Source of the DNA: Bacillota bacterium
Lineage (GTDB): Bacteria; Bacillota; Sulfobacillia; JABLXB01
Length of the DNA stretch: 64,000 bases
Direction of reading: 5' to 3'
Assembly (NCBI GenBank): GCA_013178305.1
Contig: JABLXB010000001.1
Coordinates: forward strand, 426,516 to 490,515
Part shown: positions 9,304 to 18,774 of the stretch, one piece after another
How the letters are laid out: every line of letters starts with the position of its first letter
Numbering within the stretch: the first letter of the stretch is position 1
Notes under the pieces: model-generated
What the model saw: only the letters and a program-made list of their open reading frames with translations
Database searches by the model: none
What the model was told of the DNA's origin: nothing
Program-made: the position numbers and the translations under genes

Positions 9304-10257
9304 TCAAACACAAGCCCCCTCGGTCACTCTTAAAGTTGCGCCGTTTGTAGCAGCGTCGATCTCGGTCCGCACGCCGAGCGGAATGGTGAGCCTGTATTTC
9401 CCGTGCCCGCAGCACAGGCCCGACACAACCGGAACCCCGAGATCCCCGAAGTAGTGGGCGAATATCTCGTCAAGTTGGAGCGTCGGCTTGCCGGCCTCGG
9501 GGACACAGTCGATGAATTCGCCCAGCACCACCCCGGCGACACTGGATAGTTTTCCCGCCATCTGGAGCTGCCGCAGCATCCTGTCGATCCTGTAGGGCCT
9601 TTCGGAGACCTCCTCGAGCATGAGTATCTTGTCCCTGGTATCTATCTCGAAGGGGGTCCCAATTGATGAAACGACCATGGACAGGTTGCCGCCCGTGAGC
9701 GTGCCGGCGGCGCGTCCCCCGCCGTTCCACCGCGGGCGTGAGGGCGCCGGCACCCCGATGGGATTGGCCAGATCACCGAGGGGTCCCGTGGAGGTGATGG
9801 CGCGAACGAGGTGCGAGACCGTGTAGTCATTGAGTCGCTCGGGGTCCTTGGCCTCGACAACTGGACCGTGGAATGTCACCAGGCCCGCGCGCTTCCGGAT
9901 GGCGAGGTGAAGCGCCGTGATGTCGCTGTATCCGACGAATACCTTACGACTGGCGCGCACGGCCTCGTAGTCGATCATGTCGAGGATCCGCATTGACCCG
10001 TACCCACCCCGCGCGCACACCACGCAGTGGACTTCCGGGTCGCGGAACATCTCGTTGAAGTCGGAGGCGCGCGCGGAATCCGTCCCCGCCAGGTAGCCGC
10101 GCCGCTCCATTACGTGACGCCCCAGACGGACTCTAAAGCCGGCGCCTTTGAACGCCTCAACCCCCCGTTCGAGGCCCTCGGCATCCACCGGGCCGGAAGG
10201 AGCGACGATGCCGATGACTCCTCCAGGGGGCGCCGCCCTGGGCTTTACCCGCCTCAG
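9304..10257 (-). CDS. ldcA: LD-carboxypeptidase (muramoyltetrapeptide carboxypeptidase, peptidase S66)
   Basis: S66 motifs (FVGYSDITALH, GTPFEIDTRDKILMLEEV, CGHG) are present. The conserved N-terminal motif VIGIVAPSGPV is encoded upstream of the ORF-track GTG (10188), in frame. The only in-frame start after the upstream stop is a CTG that overlaps the murB stop (GCCTGA), so the start is non-canonical or the sequence has an error. Confidence 0.75.
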   Translation of the reverse strand: MRRVKPRAAPPGGVIGIVAPSGPVDAEGLERGVEAFKGAGFRVRLGRHVMERRGYLAGTDSARASDFNEMFRDPEVHCVVCARGGYGSMRILDMIDYEAVRASRKVFVGYSDITALHLAIRKRAGLVTFHGPVVEAKDPERLNDYTVSHLVRAITSTGPLGDLANPIGVPAPSRPRWNGGGRAAGTLTGGNLSMVVSSIGTPFEIDTRDKILMLEEVSERPYRIDRMLRQLQMAGKLSSVAGVVLGEFIDCVPEAGKPTLQLDEIFAHYFGDLGVPVVSGLCCGHGKYRLTIPLGVRTEIDAATNGATLRVTEGACV

Positions 10258-11189
10258 GCTTCACCCACCACCTTGATCTCGGGGGTCAGCTCGACCCCGT
10301 ATTTCCGCAGAACTGCGTCCCTAATAAAAGTAATCATCTCGAGTACGTCATCCGCCGTCGCTCCACCGCGGTTGACGATGAACCCTGCGTGAACCGTGGA
10401 CACTTCGGCGCCGCCGATCCTGTGGCCCTTCAGCCCGGCGCCTTCTATGAGCGGCCCCGCGTACGCGCCTTCGGGGCGCCTGAACACGCTGCCGGCGCTG
10501 GGCAAGTCGAGGGGCTGCTTCTCTCGTCTTCTCCGGTCAAGGTCACTCATGCGCTCCAGAATGGCGGGGCGGTCACCGCGTTTCAGGCGCATGGTAGCGG
10601 ACAGCACGATGTCGCTCCGGTCCTGGAGCACGCTCTTTCTGTAAGCGAAGCCGAGCGCGGCCGCTTCGAGGACAACGACGCGACCGTCGCCGGGTGAGAG
10701 CAGTTCCACGGACTCAATGACGTCCTTCATCTCGCCATCGTAGGCGCCGGCGTTCATCACCGCCGCGCCCCCGACGGTGCCCGGGATCCCGTGGGTGAAC
10801 TCCAGCCCCGCAAGGCCGCGCGCGGCAGCCGCCTCGCTCGTCTTGCGGAGCAGCGCACCCGAGCCGGCTGTCAGCGTCTCTCCGGCGATTTCGAGCCGGT
10901 CCAGCGTGCCCGCTAGCTTTATGACGACACCTCTTATACCCTTATCCCTGACCAGCAGGTTAGTGCCGTTCCCCATCACGAACCAGGGGAGAGACTCCGA
11001 CGTGCAAAACGCCAGTACGGTCCTGAGGTCGTCAACGGAGGACGGGATAGCGACAAGATCGGCGGGACCGCCGATCTTGAACGACGTGTGACGGGACATG
11101 GGTTCATCGAACAGCAGCCTGCTGGCGGGAACCAGCCCGGCAATAGTCTTCAGTATTCCTGAGCGGCGATCGAATCGCCCTGGCTCCAA
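10254..11189 (-). CDS. murB: UDP-N-acetylenolpyruvoylglucosamine reductase
   Basis: 311 aa with an FAD-binding PCMH domain (SFKIGGPADLVAIPSS, WFVMGNGTNLLVRDKG) and a MurB C-terminal domain. Confidence 0.95.
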   Translation of the reverse strand: MEPGRFDRRSGILKTIAGLVPASRLLFDEPMSRHTSFKIGGPADLVAIPSSVDDLRTVLAFCTSESLPWFVMGNGTNLLVRDKGIRGVVIKLAGTLDRLEIAGETLTAGSGALLRKTSEAAAARGLAGLEFTHGIPGTVGGAAVMNAGAYDGEMKDVIESVELLSPGDGRVVVLEAAALGFAYRKSVLQDRSDIVLSATMRLKRGDRPAILERMSDLDRRRREKQPLDLPSAGSVFRRPEGAYAGPLIEGAGLKGHRIGGAEVSTVHAGFIVNRGGATADDVLEMITFIRDAVLRKYGVELTPEIKVVGEA

Positions 11190-11209
11190 AGCCGCTAATG
11201 CCCCTTCCG

Positions 11210-12166
11210 TTATTCTGTCTTCCGTGATTCTATGAGGATATCCACCGCCGTGTACGGGTCGAGTTCCCTCGACGCAACCTTCGAGATGACGTCATCCCAG
11301 AGGCCCCGCGCCTTGGACTTCTCAATGAGAGGCTCCACGACCGCCTGCGCTAGGACCTCGCTGACGTCGAACTCGGACGCCTGCAGGGCGTGCTTCTGCA
11401 TCTCCCCGCTCTGCCGTACGTAGGCGGCGTGTTCCGAGATTTTCGACGCCAGTAAAGCTATCCCTTCGCCGCTGACGGCCACGGTCTTGACCACGGGCGG
11501 ACGCCATCCCCTCCCGGGAGGGCTCATGTCCAGCATGTACTCGATTTCGAGCGCCGTCCTGCCGGCGCCCTCCCTGTCGGCCTTGTTGACGGCGAATACG
11601 TCGCCGATCTCCATGATGCCGGCCTTCATGGCCTGGACGTCGTCGCCCATCCCCGGCGCCGCGACCACCACCACTGTATGGGCGTACCTCATGATCTCGA
11701 CTTCAGATTGGCCCGTTCCAACCGTCTCTATGAAGATGACGTCGCAGCCGAACGCGTCGAGCAGGTGCAGGGTCGCCCCCGTGGCACGGGAGAGTCCACC
11801 AAGGTGGCCCCTCGTGGCCAGGCTCCTTATGAACACGTCAGGATCGATGGAACGGGTCTGCATCCTGATCCTGTCACCGAGTATCGCGCCGCCGGTGAAT
11901 GGGCTGGTCGGGTCGACCGCGATCACGCCCACCTTCTTGCCTTCATTGCGGGCAGCATCGATCAGCCCGTCCGTCAGAGTACTCTTGCCCGTACCCGGGG
12001 ACCCCGTCACGCCGACCACGTAGGCCCGCCCGGAATGACGGTACGCGGCCTTGACGATCTCCCTGTGGCCGGGCGATTCATTCTCAACGACGGTGATGGC
12101 TCGCGCGAGCGCGAGCCTGTCACCGTCCAGTATTCTATTTACCAACTCCTCGGTTGTGTTCATCAT
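11210..12166 (-). CDS. meaB: methylmalonyl-CoA mutase-associated GTPase MeaB/ArgK (G3E family)
   Basis: P-loop GVTGSPGTGKST plus G3E motifs (DVFAVNKADREGA) and a C-terminal dimerisation helix. It lies immediately downstream of the mmd/mcm genes. Confidence 0.9.
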   Translation of the reverse strand: MMNTTEELVNRILDGDRLALARAITVVENESPGHREIVKAAYRHSGRAYVVGVTGSPGTGKSTLTDGLIDAARNEGKKVGVIAVDPTSPFTGGAILGDRIRMQTRSIDPDVFIRSLATRGHLGGLSRATGATLHLLDAFGCDVIFIETVGTGQSEVEIMRYAHTVVVVAAPGMGDDVQAMKAGIMEIGDVFAVNKADREGAGRTALEIEYMLDMSPPGRGWRPPVVKTVAVSGEGIALLASKISEHAAYVRQSGEMQKHALQASEFDVSEVLAQAVVEPLIEKSKARGLWDDVISKVASRELDPYTAVDILIESRKTE

Positions 12167-12179
12167 CAGATCGTGTAGT

Positions 12180-13301
12180 CTACCGCTTCAGCAGCGCCAG
12201 CATGGTGCCCGCGGCGACTGCAGTGCCGATGACGCCTGCTACGTTAGGGCCCATCGCGTGCATGAGCAGGAAGTTGCCGGGGTTCTCCTGTTGGCCCACC
12301 ACCTGCGACACGCGCGCCGCCATCGGGACGGCGGAAACGCCGGCCGAGCCGATCAGCGGGTTGACCTTGCCACCGCTCAACACGTACATGACCTTACCCA
12401 GGATCAAACCACCGGCTGTGCCGCCCATGAATGCAACCAGGCCGAGGCCAATGATCTGGATCGTCTGCAAGTTGAGGAACGACTCGGCGCTCATCGTGGC
12501 GCCCACCGATGTGGCCAGAAATATGGTCACGATGTTGATCAGTTCGTTCTGCGCCGTCTTGGAGAGGCGCTCCACGACTCCGGCCTCCCTGAACAGGTTG
12601 CCGAGCATGAGCATGGCTACCAGCGGGGCGACCATCGGGAGGATGAGGCTGACCGTGATTCCCGACACGACCGGGAACAGGATCTTCTCGGTCCTGGAGA
12701 CCGGCCTGAGCTGCTCCATGATGACCGTGCGCTCTTTCTTGGTAGTTAGCGCACGCATGATCGGTGGCTGAATCAGCGGCACGAGCGACATGTACGAATA
12801 CGCCGCCACGGCGATGGGCCCCAGAAGGTGTGGGGCGAGTTTCATCGTCGTGTAAATGGCCGTAGGACCGTCGGCACCGCCGATGATGCCGATCGAGGCC
12901 GCCTCCTTGATCGTGAACCCGAGCGCTTTGGCTCCGAGGAGCGCGATGAACACGCCCAGCTGGGCGGCCGCCCCAAGGAGAAGAGTGCTCGGGTTAGCGA
13001 GGAGCGGGCCGAAGTCGGTCATCGCCCCCACTCCGAGGAAAATAAGGGGTGGGAATATCTCGTGTTCGACTCCGAAGTATAGGTACTTCAGGAGACCCCC
13101 CTCGGCCATGATCCCCGTTAGGGGGAGGTTTGCCACAACGCAACCGAACCCGATGGGCAACAAGAGCAGGGGTTCAAAGCCCTTGGCTATGGCAAGGTAG
13201 AGTAGGATGCACCCCACACCGAGCATCACGATGTTGCCCCACGTGAGCCCGATGAATCCGGTGCTATCCAGAAGCGTCTTGATAACGCCCGATGCGTCCA
13301 T
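12180..13301 (-). CDS. mmdB: Na+-translocating decarboxylase beta subunit (OadB/MmdB/GcdB family)
   Basis: 373 aa polytopic membrane protein. The OadB-family character is seen across the whole length (N-terminus [30 protein letters not shown], conserved region [13 protein letters not shown]). Confidence 0.9.
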   Translation of the reverse strand: MDASGVIKTLLDSTGFIGLTWGNIVMLGVGCILLYLAIAKGFEPLLLLPIGFGCVVANLPLTGIMAEGGLLKYLYFGVEHEIFPPLIFLGVGAMTDFGPLLANPSTLLLGAAAQLGVFIALLGAKALGFTIKEAASIGIIGGADGPTAIYTTMKLAPHLLGPIAVAAYSYMSLVPLIQPPIMRALTTKKERTVIMEQLRPVSRTEKILFPVVSGITVSLILPMVAPLVAMLMLGNLFREAGVVERLSKTAQNELINIVTIFLATSVGATMSAESFLNLQTIQIIGLGLVAFMGGTAGGLILGKVMYVLSGGKVNPLIGSAGVSAVPMAARVSQVVGQQENPGNFLLMHAMGPNVAGVIGTAVAAGTMLALLKR

Positions 13302-13359
13302 CGAGGATTGTCCCCTTTCAGCTTTCAGTCACATATTGTCCGTCCGGGAGGCACCGGGA

Positions 13360-13779
13360 CTATTTCGCCAGGGTGATCAGGGGATCCCCGGTGTTGACGC
13401 TCGCTCCCTTGCTCGTGTGCACCGAAGCGACAGCGGCGTCACACGGGGACATGATTTCATTCTGCATCTTCATTGCCTCGAGCATTATCAATACCTGGCC
13501 CTTCTTGACCTGCTGTCCTTCCTGGACCAGGATCTCGCTTATCGTCCCGGGCATCGGTGCGGATATCAGGCCGTCTTTGCCACCGGTTGGCTTGGGTTTC
13601 GCCGCTGGAGCAGCGGCGGTCGCCGCCTTCGGGGCCGCGGGTGCAGGCTCAGCTTTCACGGGCGCAGGTGCGGGTGCGGGTGCTGGAGCCGCGACTACCG
13701 CTGGACTGGCTCCGCCGCCGACCTCTTCCACGCTTACTTCGTACTCTTTACCATTGACTGTTATCTTGAACTTCCTCAC
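13360..13779 (-). CDS. mmdC: biotin carboxyl carrier subunit of methylmalonyl-CoA decarboxylase (biotinyl domain, AMKM motif)
   Basis: Starts VRKFKITVNGKEYEV, has a Pro/Ala-rich linker and a C-terminal biotinyl domain with EAMKM. The GTG start at 13779 directly abuts the stop of the upstream delta subunit gene. Confidence 0.85.
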   Translation of the reverse strand: MRKFKITVNGKEYEVSVEEVGGGASPAVVAAPAPAPAPAPVKAEPAPAAPKAATAAAPAAKPKPTGGKDGLISAPMPGTISEILVQEGQQVKKGQVLIMLEAMKMQNEIMSPCDAAVASVHTSKGASVNTGDPLITLAK

Positions 13780-14198
13780 GCCGTAGCCCTCCTCCGAACC
13801 AGTTCTCTGGATTGCATGATCCTGGTGCGCCCCGCCATCGCCCACAGGCTTTCTTCCCTGCGGGTTCCCTGCATGCCGATCACGAGACCTGACGCCGGCT
13901 TCTCAAGGTAAGCCGCCACAGCCGCGCTGATCACGGCCGTAACCTCGGCGGATACCTCGGAGCTCACTTCGGCCCCCACCGCCTCGACACTCTCGCCCTC
14001 CGCGGCAGCCACTACTTCCATCTCATCCGCGGGCGCCTTGCGGCCGCCGCCGTTCCCATTTGGGCCTGAACCCTTCTCGAACGGCGCCACGAACACCTTG
14101 ATAGCCTTGATTATGAGCGCGAGCACCCAGAGTACCAGGAAAACCACCGACATGTCGATGATTGTCAACCACAGTCCGCCTATCATTGTGTCGGGCAT
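13776..14198 (-). CDS. mmdD: small membrane subunit of Na+-pumping decarboxylase (OadG/MmdD-like)
   Basis: The N-terminus MPDTMIGGLWLTIIDMSVVFLVLWVLALIIKAI is a typical OadG-type single TM helix, followed by an Ala/Glu/Val-rich tail. The ORF-track start at 14264 adds 22 unlikely codons. Confidence 0.7.
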   Translation of the reverse strand: MPDTMIGGLWLTIIDMSVVFLVLWVLALIIKAIKVFVAPFEKGSGPNGNGGGRKAPADEMEVVAAAEGESVEAVGAEVSSEVSAEVTAVISAAVAAYLEKPASGLVIGMQGTRREESLWAMAGRTRIMQSRELVRRRATA

Positions 14199-14266
14199 TT
14201 CGATGTCTCCTCTCCCCTGCGCCACACAGGCCGGAGGCCCCGGAGGGCCCTCCGGGTGATCCATAG

Positions 14267-15817
14267 CTACATCGGTAGGTTGCCGTGCTTCTTGGCGGGC
14301 CTGGTCTCGGCCTTACTCCTGCAAATCTCGAGCGCGCCGATGAGCCTCGGCCTGATCTCCTTCGGGTCGATGACGTCGTCGACGAACCCCCTGGATGCGG
14401 CGATGTACGGGTTGGCGAACTTGTCGCGGAACTCCTGGATCTTCTGGGCGCGCACGGCCTTCTGTTCCTGGGCGTTCGCTATTTCGTCCCTGAATATGAT
14501 GTTGGCCGCACCCTCGGGTCCCATGACAGCGATCTCCGCGGTCGGGAGCGCATATACCAGGTCGGCCCCCAGATGCCTGGAACACATGGCGATGTACGCG
14601 CCGCCGTATGCCTTGCGTACGATCAGGGTGATCTTGGGCACCGTCGCCTCGGAATACGCGTACAGGAGCTTGGCGCCGTGGCGAATGATCCCGCCGTGCT
14701 CCTGGCCGACGCCCGGCAGGTAACCGGGGACGTCCGAGAACGTGACGAGCGGGATGTTGAAGCAGTCGCAGAACCTGATGAACCTGCACGCCTTGTCGGA
14801 AGCGTCGATGTCGAGGCAGCCCGCCTTGACCTTGGGCTGGTTGGCGATGACGCCGACCGTACGGCCGTTCACCCGCGCGAACCCGACGATGATATTCTCG
14901 GCATAATACTGGTGGACCTCAAAGAACGTGCCCCTGTCCACGACCCCGTTGATCAGGTCCTTCATGTCGTACGGCTTGTTGGGATCCGTCGGGACGAGGT
15001 TTCGCAGGTTTTCGTCAGTCCTGTTCGGGTCGTCGCCGGTATCCACCCTGGGCGGGTCCTCGAGGTTGTTCGAGGGGATGTAGCTGAGAAGTGTCTTGAT
15101 CATGTCGAGGCACTGCTTCTCATCCTGGGCCCAGAAATGAGCCACGCCGCTGACCCTGTTGTGGACGGTGGCGCCGCCAAGGTCGGCCGGACTCACGTCC
15201 TCACCGGTAACCGCCTTGATGACCTGCGGGCCGGTAATGAACATGTTGCTCGTACCTTCTACCATAAATACGAAGTCCGTGAGCGCGGGGGAATACACCG
15301 CACCTCCAGCACACGGCCCCATGATTACCGAAATCTGCGGGATCACGCCGGAGTAGATGGAGTTCTTGTAGAAGATCTCCCCGTAACCCTTCAGTGCATC
15401 TACGCCTTCCTGGATCCTCGCGCCGCCCGAGTCATTCAGGCAGATGCACGGGACCCCCATCTTCCTGGCGAGGTCCAGCCCCTTGGCTATCCTGAGCGCG
15501 TGAGCCTCACCCAGTGAACCACCGATGACCGTGAAATCCTGGGCGGCAATGCACACGGGCCGGCCGTTGATGTAGCCGTATCCCGTCACGACACCCTCAC
15601 CGGGCGCCCGGACCTTATCCATCCCGAAGTTGGTACAACGGTGCTCGACGAAAGCGTCCAGCTCGACGAATGTGCCCGCGTCGACCAGCGCGTCGATCCG
15701 CTCCCTCGCGGTCATCTTCCCTGACTTGCGCTGCTTGTCGAGCCTGTCGGGACCTCCTCCTTGCTGGACCTCAGTGCGTCGTTTTTGGAGTTCGGCCAGT
15801 TTCTCCTCAATGCCCAA
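14267..15817 (-). CDS. mmdA: methylmalonyl-CoA decarboxylase alpha subunit / propionyl-CoA carboxyltransferase (PccB family)
   Basis: 516 aa carboxyltransferase with two crotonase-like halves (GKMTARERIDALVD, GGSLGEAHALRIAKG, FIRFCDCFNIPLVTFSDVPGYLPG). TTG start with a GGAGGTG Shine-Dalgarno. Confidence 0.9.
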   Translation of the reverse strand: MGIEEKLAELQKRRTEVQQGGGPDRLDKQRKSGKMTARERIDALVDAGTFVELDAFVEHRCTNFGMDKVRAPGEGVVTGYGYINGRPVCIAAQDFTVIGGSLGEAHALRIAKGLDLARKMGVPCICLNDSGGARIQEGVDALKGYGEIFYKNSIYSGVIPQISVIMGPCAGGAVYSPALTDFVFMVEGTSNMFITGPQVIKAVTGEDVSPADLGGATVHNRVSGVAHFWAQDEKQCLDMIKTLLSYIPSNNLEDPPRVDTGDDPNRTDENLRNLVPTDPNKPYDMKDLINGVVDRGTFFEVHQYYAENIIVGFARVNGRTVGVIANQPKVKAGCLDIDASDKACRFIRFCDCFNIPLVTFSDVPGYLPGVGQEHGGIIRHGAKLLYAYSEATVPKITLIVRKAYGGAYIAMCSRHLGADLVYALPTAEIAVMGPEGAANIIFRDEIANAQEQKAVRAQKIQEFRDKFANPYIAASRGFVDDVIDPKEIRPRLIGALEICRSKAETRPAKKHGNLPM

Positions 15818-15887
15818 CCTTCTTCACCTCCGTCTGCTGATGCGAAGACCCGGACGAACAGGACCGGAGCCCTGACCGCCTATAAAC

Positions 15888-16292
15888 TTACGACCTCTCG
15901 CAAATCTCGAGCAGGACGCCGTTTGTGACCTTGGGGTGCACGAACGCTATCTTCGCGCCACCGGCGCCCTTGCGAGGCTTCTCGTCGATAAGCCTGAGAC
16001 CGGCCGCCTTACACTCCTCAAGCGCCTTCTCGATGTCCTTCACCCTGAGCGCGATGTGCTGGATGCCCTCCCCCTTGGCCTCGATGAACTTCGCGACGGG
16101 GCCATCAGGTGAGGTGGACTCGATGAGCTCTATCTCGCTGTCGCCGACCGGGATGAACGCGACCCTCACCTTCTGCTCGGCGACTTCCTCAACCCCGTGC
16201 ATCTTCAGCCCGAGGATGTCTGTGTACAGTTTCGCGGCCTCATCGATGCTGTTGACCGCGACACCGATATGGTCTACCCTGGTGACCAGCAT
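15888..16292 (-). CDS. mce: methylmalonyl-CoA epimerase (VOC/glyoxalase fold)
   Basis: The segment [29 protein letters not shown]...[22 protein letters not shown] matches the epimerase family. The likely start is the ATG at 16292. Confidence 0.9.
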   Translation of the reverse strand: MLVTRVDHIGVAVNSIDEAAKLYTDILGLKMHGVEEVAEQKVRVAFIPVGDSEIELIESTSPDGPVAKFIEAKGEGIQHIALRVKDIEKALEECKAAGLRLIDEKPRKGAGGAKIAFVHPKVTNGVLLEICERS

Positions 16293-16357
16293 GTTTTCAC
16301 CTCCGTTCGCGTTGCGTTCAGCATACCTAAGGTATCCATGGCGCCGCTCAGCCCCAT

Positions 16358-16762
16358 TCATACCGATTTCTTGACATTCTCCTCGATGAACTTCACGATC
16401 TCCCGCATCGAAGCGCCGGGCGTGAACACTGCGGCAACCCCGGCCTCCTTGAGGGCGGGTATGTCCTCGTGGGGGATTACGCCACCGGCCACGACGAGGA
16501 CGTCCTTGAGCCCGCGTTTCTTGAGGTTCTCGATTACCCTGGGGAAGAGCGCCAGGTGAGCGCCGGACAGGATGCTCAGGCCCACCACATCGACGTCTTC
16601 CTGAAGGGCCGCCTCCGCTATCTGCTCGGGCGTCTGCCTCAATCCAGTGTATATGATCTCCATGCCGGCGTCGCGGAGCGCGCGGGCGATGACCTTCGCC
16701 CCGCGGTCGTGACCGTCCAGTCCCGGTTTAGCCACCAGCACCCTGACTCGGGTTTCTGCCAT
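16358..16762 (-). CDS. mcmB: methylmalonyl-CoA mutase, separate C-terminal B12-binding subunit
   Basis: 134 aa with a cobalamin-binding Rossmann fold and the DxHxxG motif ([10 protein letters not shown]). Confidence 0.9.
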   Translation of the reverse strand: MAETRVRVLVAKPGLDGHDRGAKVIARALRDAGMEIIYTGLRQTPEQIAEAALQEDVDVVGLSILSGAHLALFPRVIENLKKRGLKDVLVVAGGVIPHEDIPALKEAGVAAVFTPGASMREIVKFIEENVKKSV

Positions 16763-16777
16763 GTCGCTACCCTCCCC

Positions 16778-18457
16778 CTATATGCTCACTGTTGACTTGT
16801 ACTCGCCGAACACCTTACGCAGCGTGTCGCAGATCTCGCCGAGCGTCGCGTAACACCGTACCGACTCGAGGATGAGCGGCATGAGGTTCTCGGAACCGGC
16901 GGCCGCCTTCTCCAGCGCGCCGAGCGCGGCGGCAACCTTCGTGTTCTCCCTGGTCGCCTTGACCTTCGCGATCTTCTGCTTCTGCCGCTCGCCGACCGCC
17001 GGGTCGACTCTCAGCAGTCCCTTGGGCGGCGGCTCCTGGATCTGGAACTTGTTCACGCCGACCACGATTCGTTCGCCCTTCTCGACTTCCTTCTGGTACC
17101 TGTACGCGCTGTCCTGGATTTCCTGCTGCACGAATCCCTTCTCGATAGCGACCGGCGAGCCGCCGAGCGCGTCGATCTTCTCGATGTAGGCATTGGCCTC
17201 TTTCTCGATCTTGTCGGTCAGCGCCTCCACGTAGAACGAGCCTGCGAGCGGGTCTACCGTGTTGGTCACGCCGCTCTCGAACGCGATGAGCTGCTGCGTG
17301 CGGAGGGCGATTCTGACGGAATCCTCGGACGGCAGCGCGAGCGCCTCGTCCCTGGAGTTCGTGTGCAGGGACTGGGTCCCGCCGAGCACCGCTGAGAGCG
17401 CCTGCAGCGCGACCCTGACGATGTTATTGTCGGGTTGCTGAGCGGTGAGCGTGGAACCGGCCGTCTGAGTGTGGAAGCGGAGCATCTGGGAGCGGGGGTC
17501 TTTGGCGCCGAATCTCTCCTTCATGATCCTGGCCCAGAGGCGCCTCGCCGCTCGGAACTTGGCGACCTCTTCGAGCAGGTCGTTATGCGCGTTGAAGAAG
17601 AACGACAGCCTCGGCCCGAACTTGTCGACGTCCAGCCCCGCCTTTATGGCCGCGTCGACGTACGCGATACCGTTGGCCAGCGTGAACGCGACTTCCTGGA
17701 CGGCCGTCGCGCCGGCCTCCCTGATGTGGTAGCCGCTGATTGAGATCGTGTTCCACTCGGGGACGTTCTTCGAGCAGAACTCGAAGATGTCGGTGATCAG
17801 CCTCATTGAAGGCTTGGGCGGGAATATGTAAGTGCCCCGGGCTGCGTATTCCTTGAGGATGTCGTTCTGGATGGTGCCGTTGAGTTTGTCTGCGGACACA
17901 CCCTGCTTTTCGCCCACCGCAATGTACATAGCGAGGAGGATCGCGGCGGGAGCGTTGATGGTCATCGACGTGCTGACCTTGTCGAGCGGGATGCCATCGA
18001 ACAGGGTCTCCATGTCGGCCAGGGAGTCGATAGCCACACCGACTTTGCCGACTTCGCCTTCCGCCAGCGAATGATCGGAGTCATAACCAATCTGCGTCGG
18101 AAGGTCGAACGCCACGCTGAGTCCTGTCTGACCCTGCTGCAGGAGGAACTTGTAGCGCTTGTTCGTGTCCTCCGCGGAACCGAACCCGGCGTACTGCCTC
18201 ATCGTCCACAGCCGGCCACGATACATCGTGGGCTGGACGCCGCGGGTAAACGGGTACTGGCCAGGAATGCCGAGATCCCGCTCGTAGTCGAGGTTCTCGA
18301 CGTCCGCCGGGGTGTACAGCCGGTCGACCGGGATGTTGGAACCGGTAACGAACTGCGGCTTCGACTCCGGCGCCTTGGCCAGGCTCTTCGCCAGCGGCCC
18401 CTCTTCCCACCCCTTCCTGACTTGCTTCACCCGTTCCATCTTTTCCTTGTCGTACAT
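16778..18457 (-). CDS. mcmA: methylmalonyl-CoA mutase large (catalytic TIM-barrel) subunit
   Basis: 559 aa with MCM N-terminal domain motifs ([38 protein letters not shown]...). Confidence 0.95.
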   Translation of the reverse strand: MYDKEKMERVKQVRKGWEEGPLAKSLAKAPESKPQFVTGSNIPVDRLYTPADVENLDYERDLGIPGQYPFTRGVQPTMYRGRLWTMRQYAGFGSAEDTNKRYKFLLQQGQTGLSVAFDLPTQIGYDSDHSLAEGEVGKVGVAIDSLADMETLFDGIPLDKVSTSMTINAPAAILLAMYIAVGEKQGVSADKLNGTIQNDILKEYAARGTYIFPPKPSMRLITDIFEFCSKNVPEWNTISISGYHIREAGATAVQEVAFTLANGIAYVDAAIKAGLDVDKFGPRLSFFFNAHNDLLEEVAKFRAARRLWARIMKERFGAKDPRSQMLRFHTQTAGSTLTAQQPDNNIVRVALQALSAVLGGTQSLHTNSRDEALALPSEDSVRIALRTQQLIAFESGVTNTVDPLAGSFYVEALTDKIEKEANAYIEKIDALGGSPVAIEKGFVQQEIQDSAYRYQKEVEKGERIVVGVNKFQIQEPPPKGLLRVDPAVGERQKQKIAKVKATRENTKVAAALGALEKAAAGSENLMPLILESVRCYATLGEICDTLRKVFGEYKSTVSI

Positions 18458-18485
18458 CTTTAGATGGTACCTCCCCCGGAATAAT

Positions 18486-18539
18486 GCAACACCTGACCGC
18501 GTGCCCCCCTGTCTGCACTGGGCTTCGATCAGGTGTTGC
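18486..18539 (-). promoter_or_regulatory. 11-bp perfect inverted repeat (GCAACACCTGA ... TCAGGTGTTGC, 32-nt spacer) in the mcmA leader, ending about 12 nt before the Shine-Dalgarno
   Basis: Visible directly in the sequence. On the transcript it forms a long stem-loop followed by AUUAUUCC, then the GGGGGAGG Shine-Dalgarno. No B12-box was found. Confidence 0.35.
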
Positions 18540-18732
18540 CTGCGTTGAGAGGCTTTCGGCCCCCCGGTCTGGCACTATGATCGAACCTGGGTCTTGTCTC
18601 ACCAACCGAGTTCCAGAGAGTATGTTTCGGCATAGTATACGTGAAATCCTCCACGGTCTTCTTGAAACATCGCTATACTACCCGAATGGGTGGGCCGGGT
18701 AGGAGATCCGGGGGCCCGGGTCTGAAGGGGGA

Positions 18733-18761
18733 GGGGCGGTCGCCAGCCACGGTACCGCCCC
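18733..18761 (-). other. 8-bp GC stem-loop (GGGGCGGT/ACCGCCCC) immediately downstream of the transporter gene stop
   Basis: Perfect 8-bp stem with a 13-nt loop. There is no U-tract on the coding strand, so this is an attenuator or processing site rather than a classic terminator. Confidence 0.3.
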
Positions 18762-18774
18762 TTTGTCAGGCAGC

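Noticed and set aside
14285-15517. 410-aa plus-strand ORF antisense to mmdA. Similar long antisense ORFs at 23195..24433, 26612..28252, 29434..30870, 31039..32511(-), 33526..34515, 41150..42586, 43305..44885, 47533..48375, 49048..50037, 55768..57840 (690 aa).
   Set aside because: All lie opposite strongly supported conserved genes, are Arg/Gly/Pro/His-rich with no recognisable domains, and are the expected stop-codon-poor antisense frames of high-GC coding DNA.
18458-18640. Cobalamin (AdoCbl) riboswitch upstream of the B12-dependent mutase gene.
   Set aside because: No B12-box (AGYCMGGAGACCKGCC-like) or GCCACUG element was recognisable. The structure present is a simple long inverted repeat.
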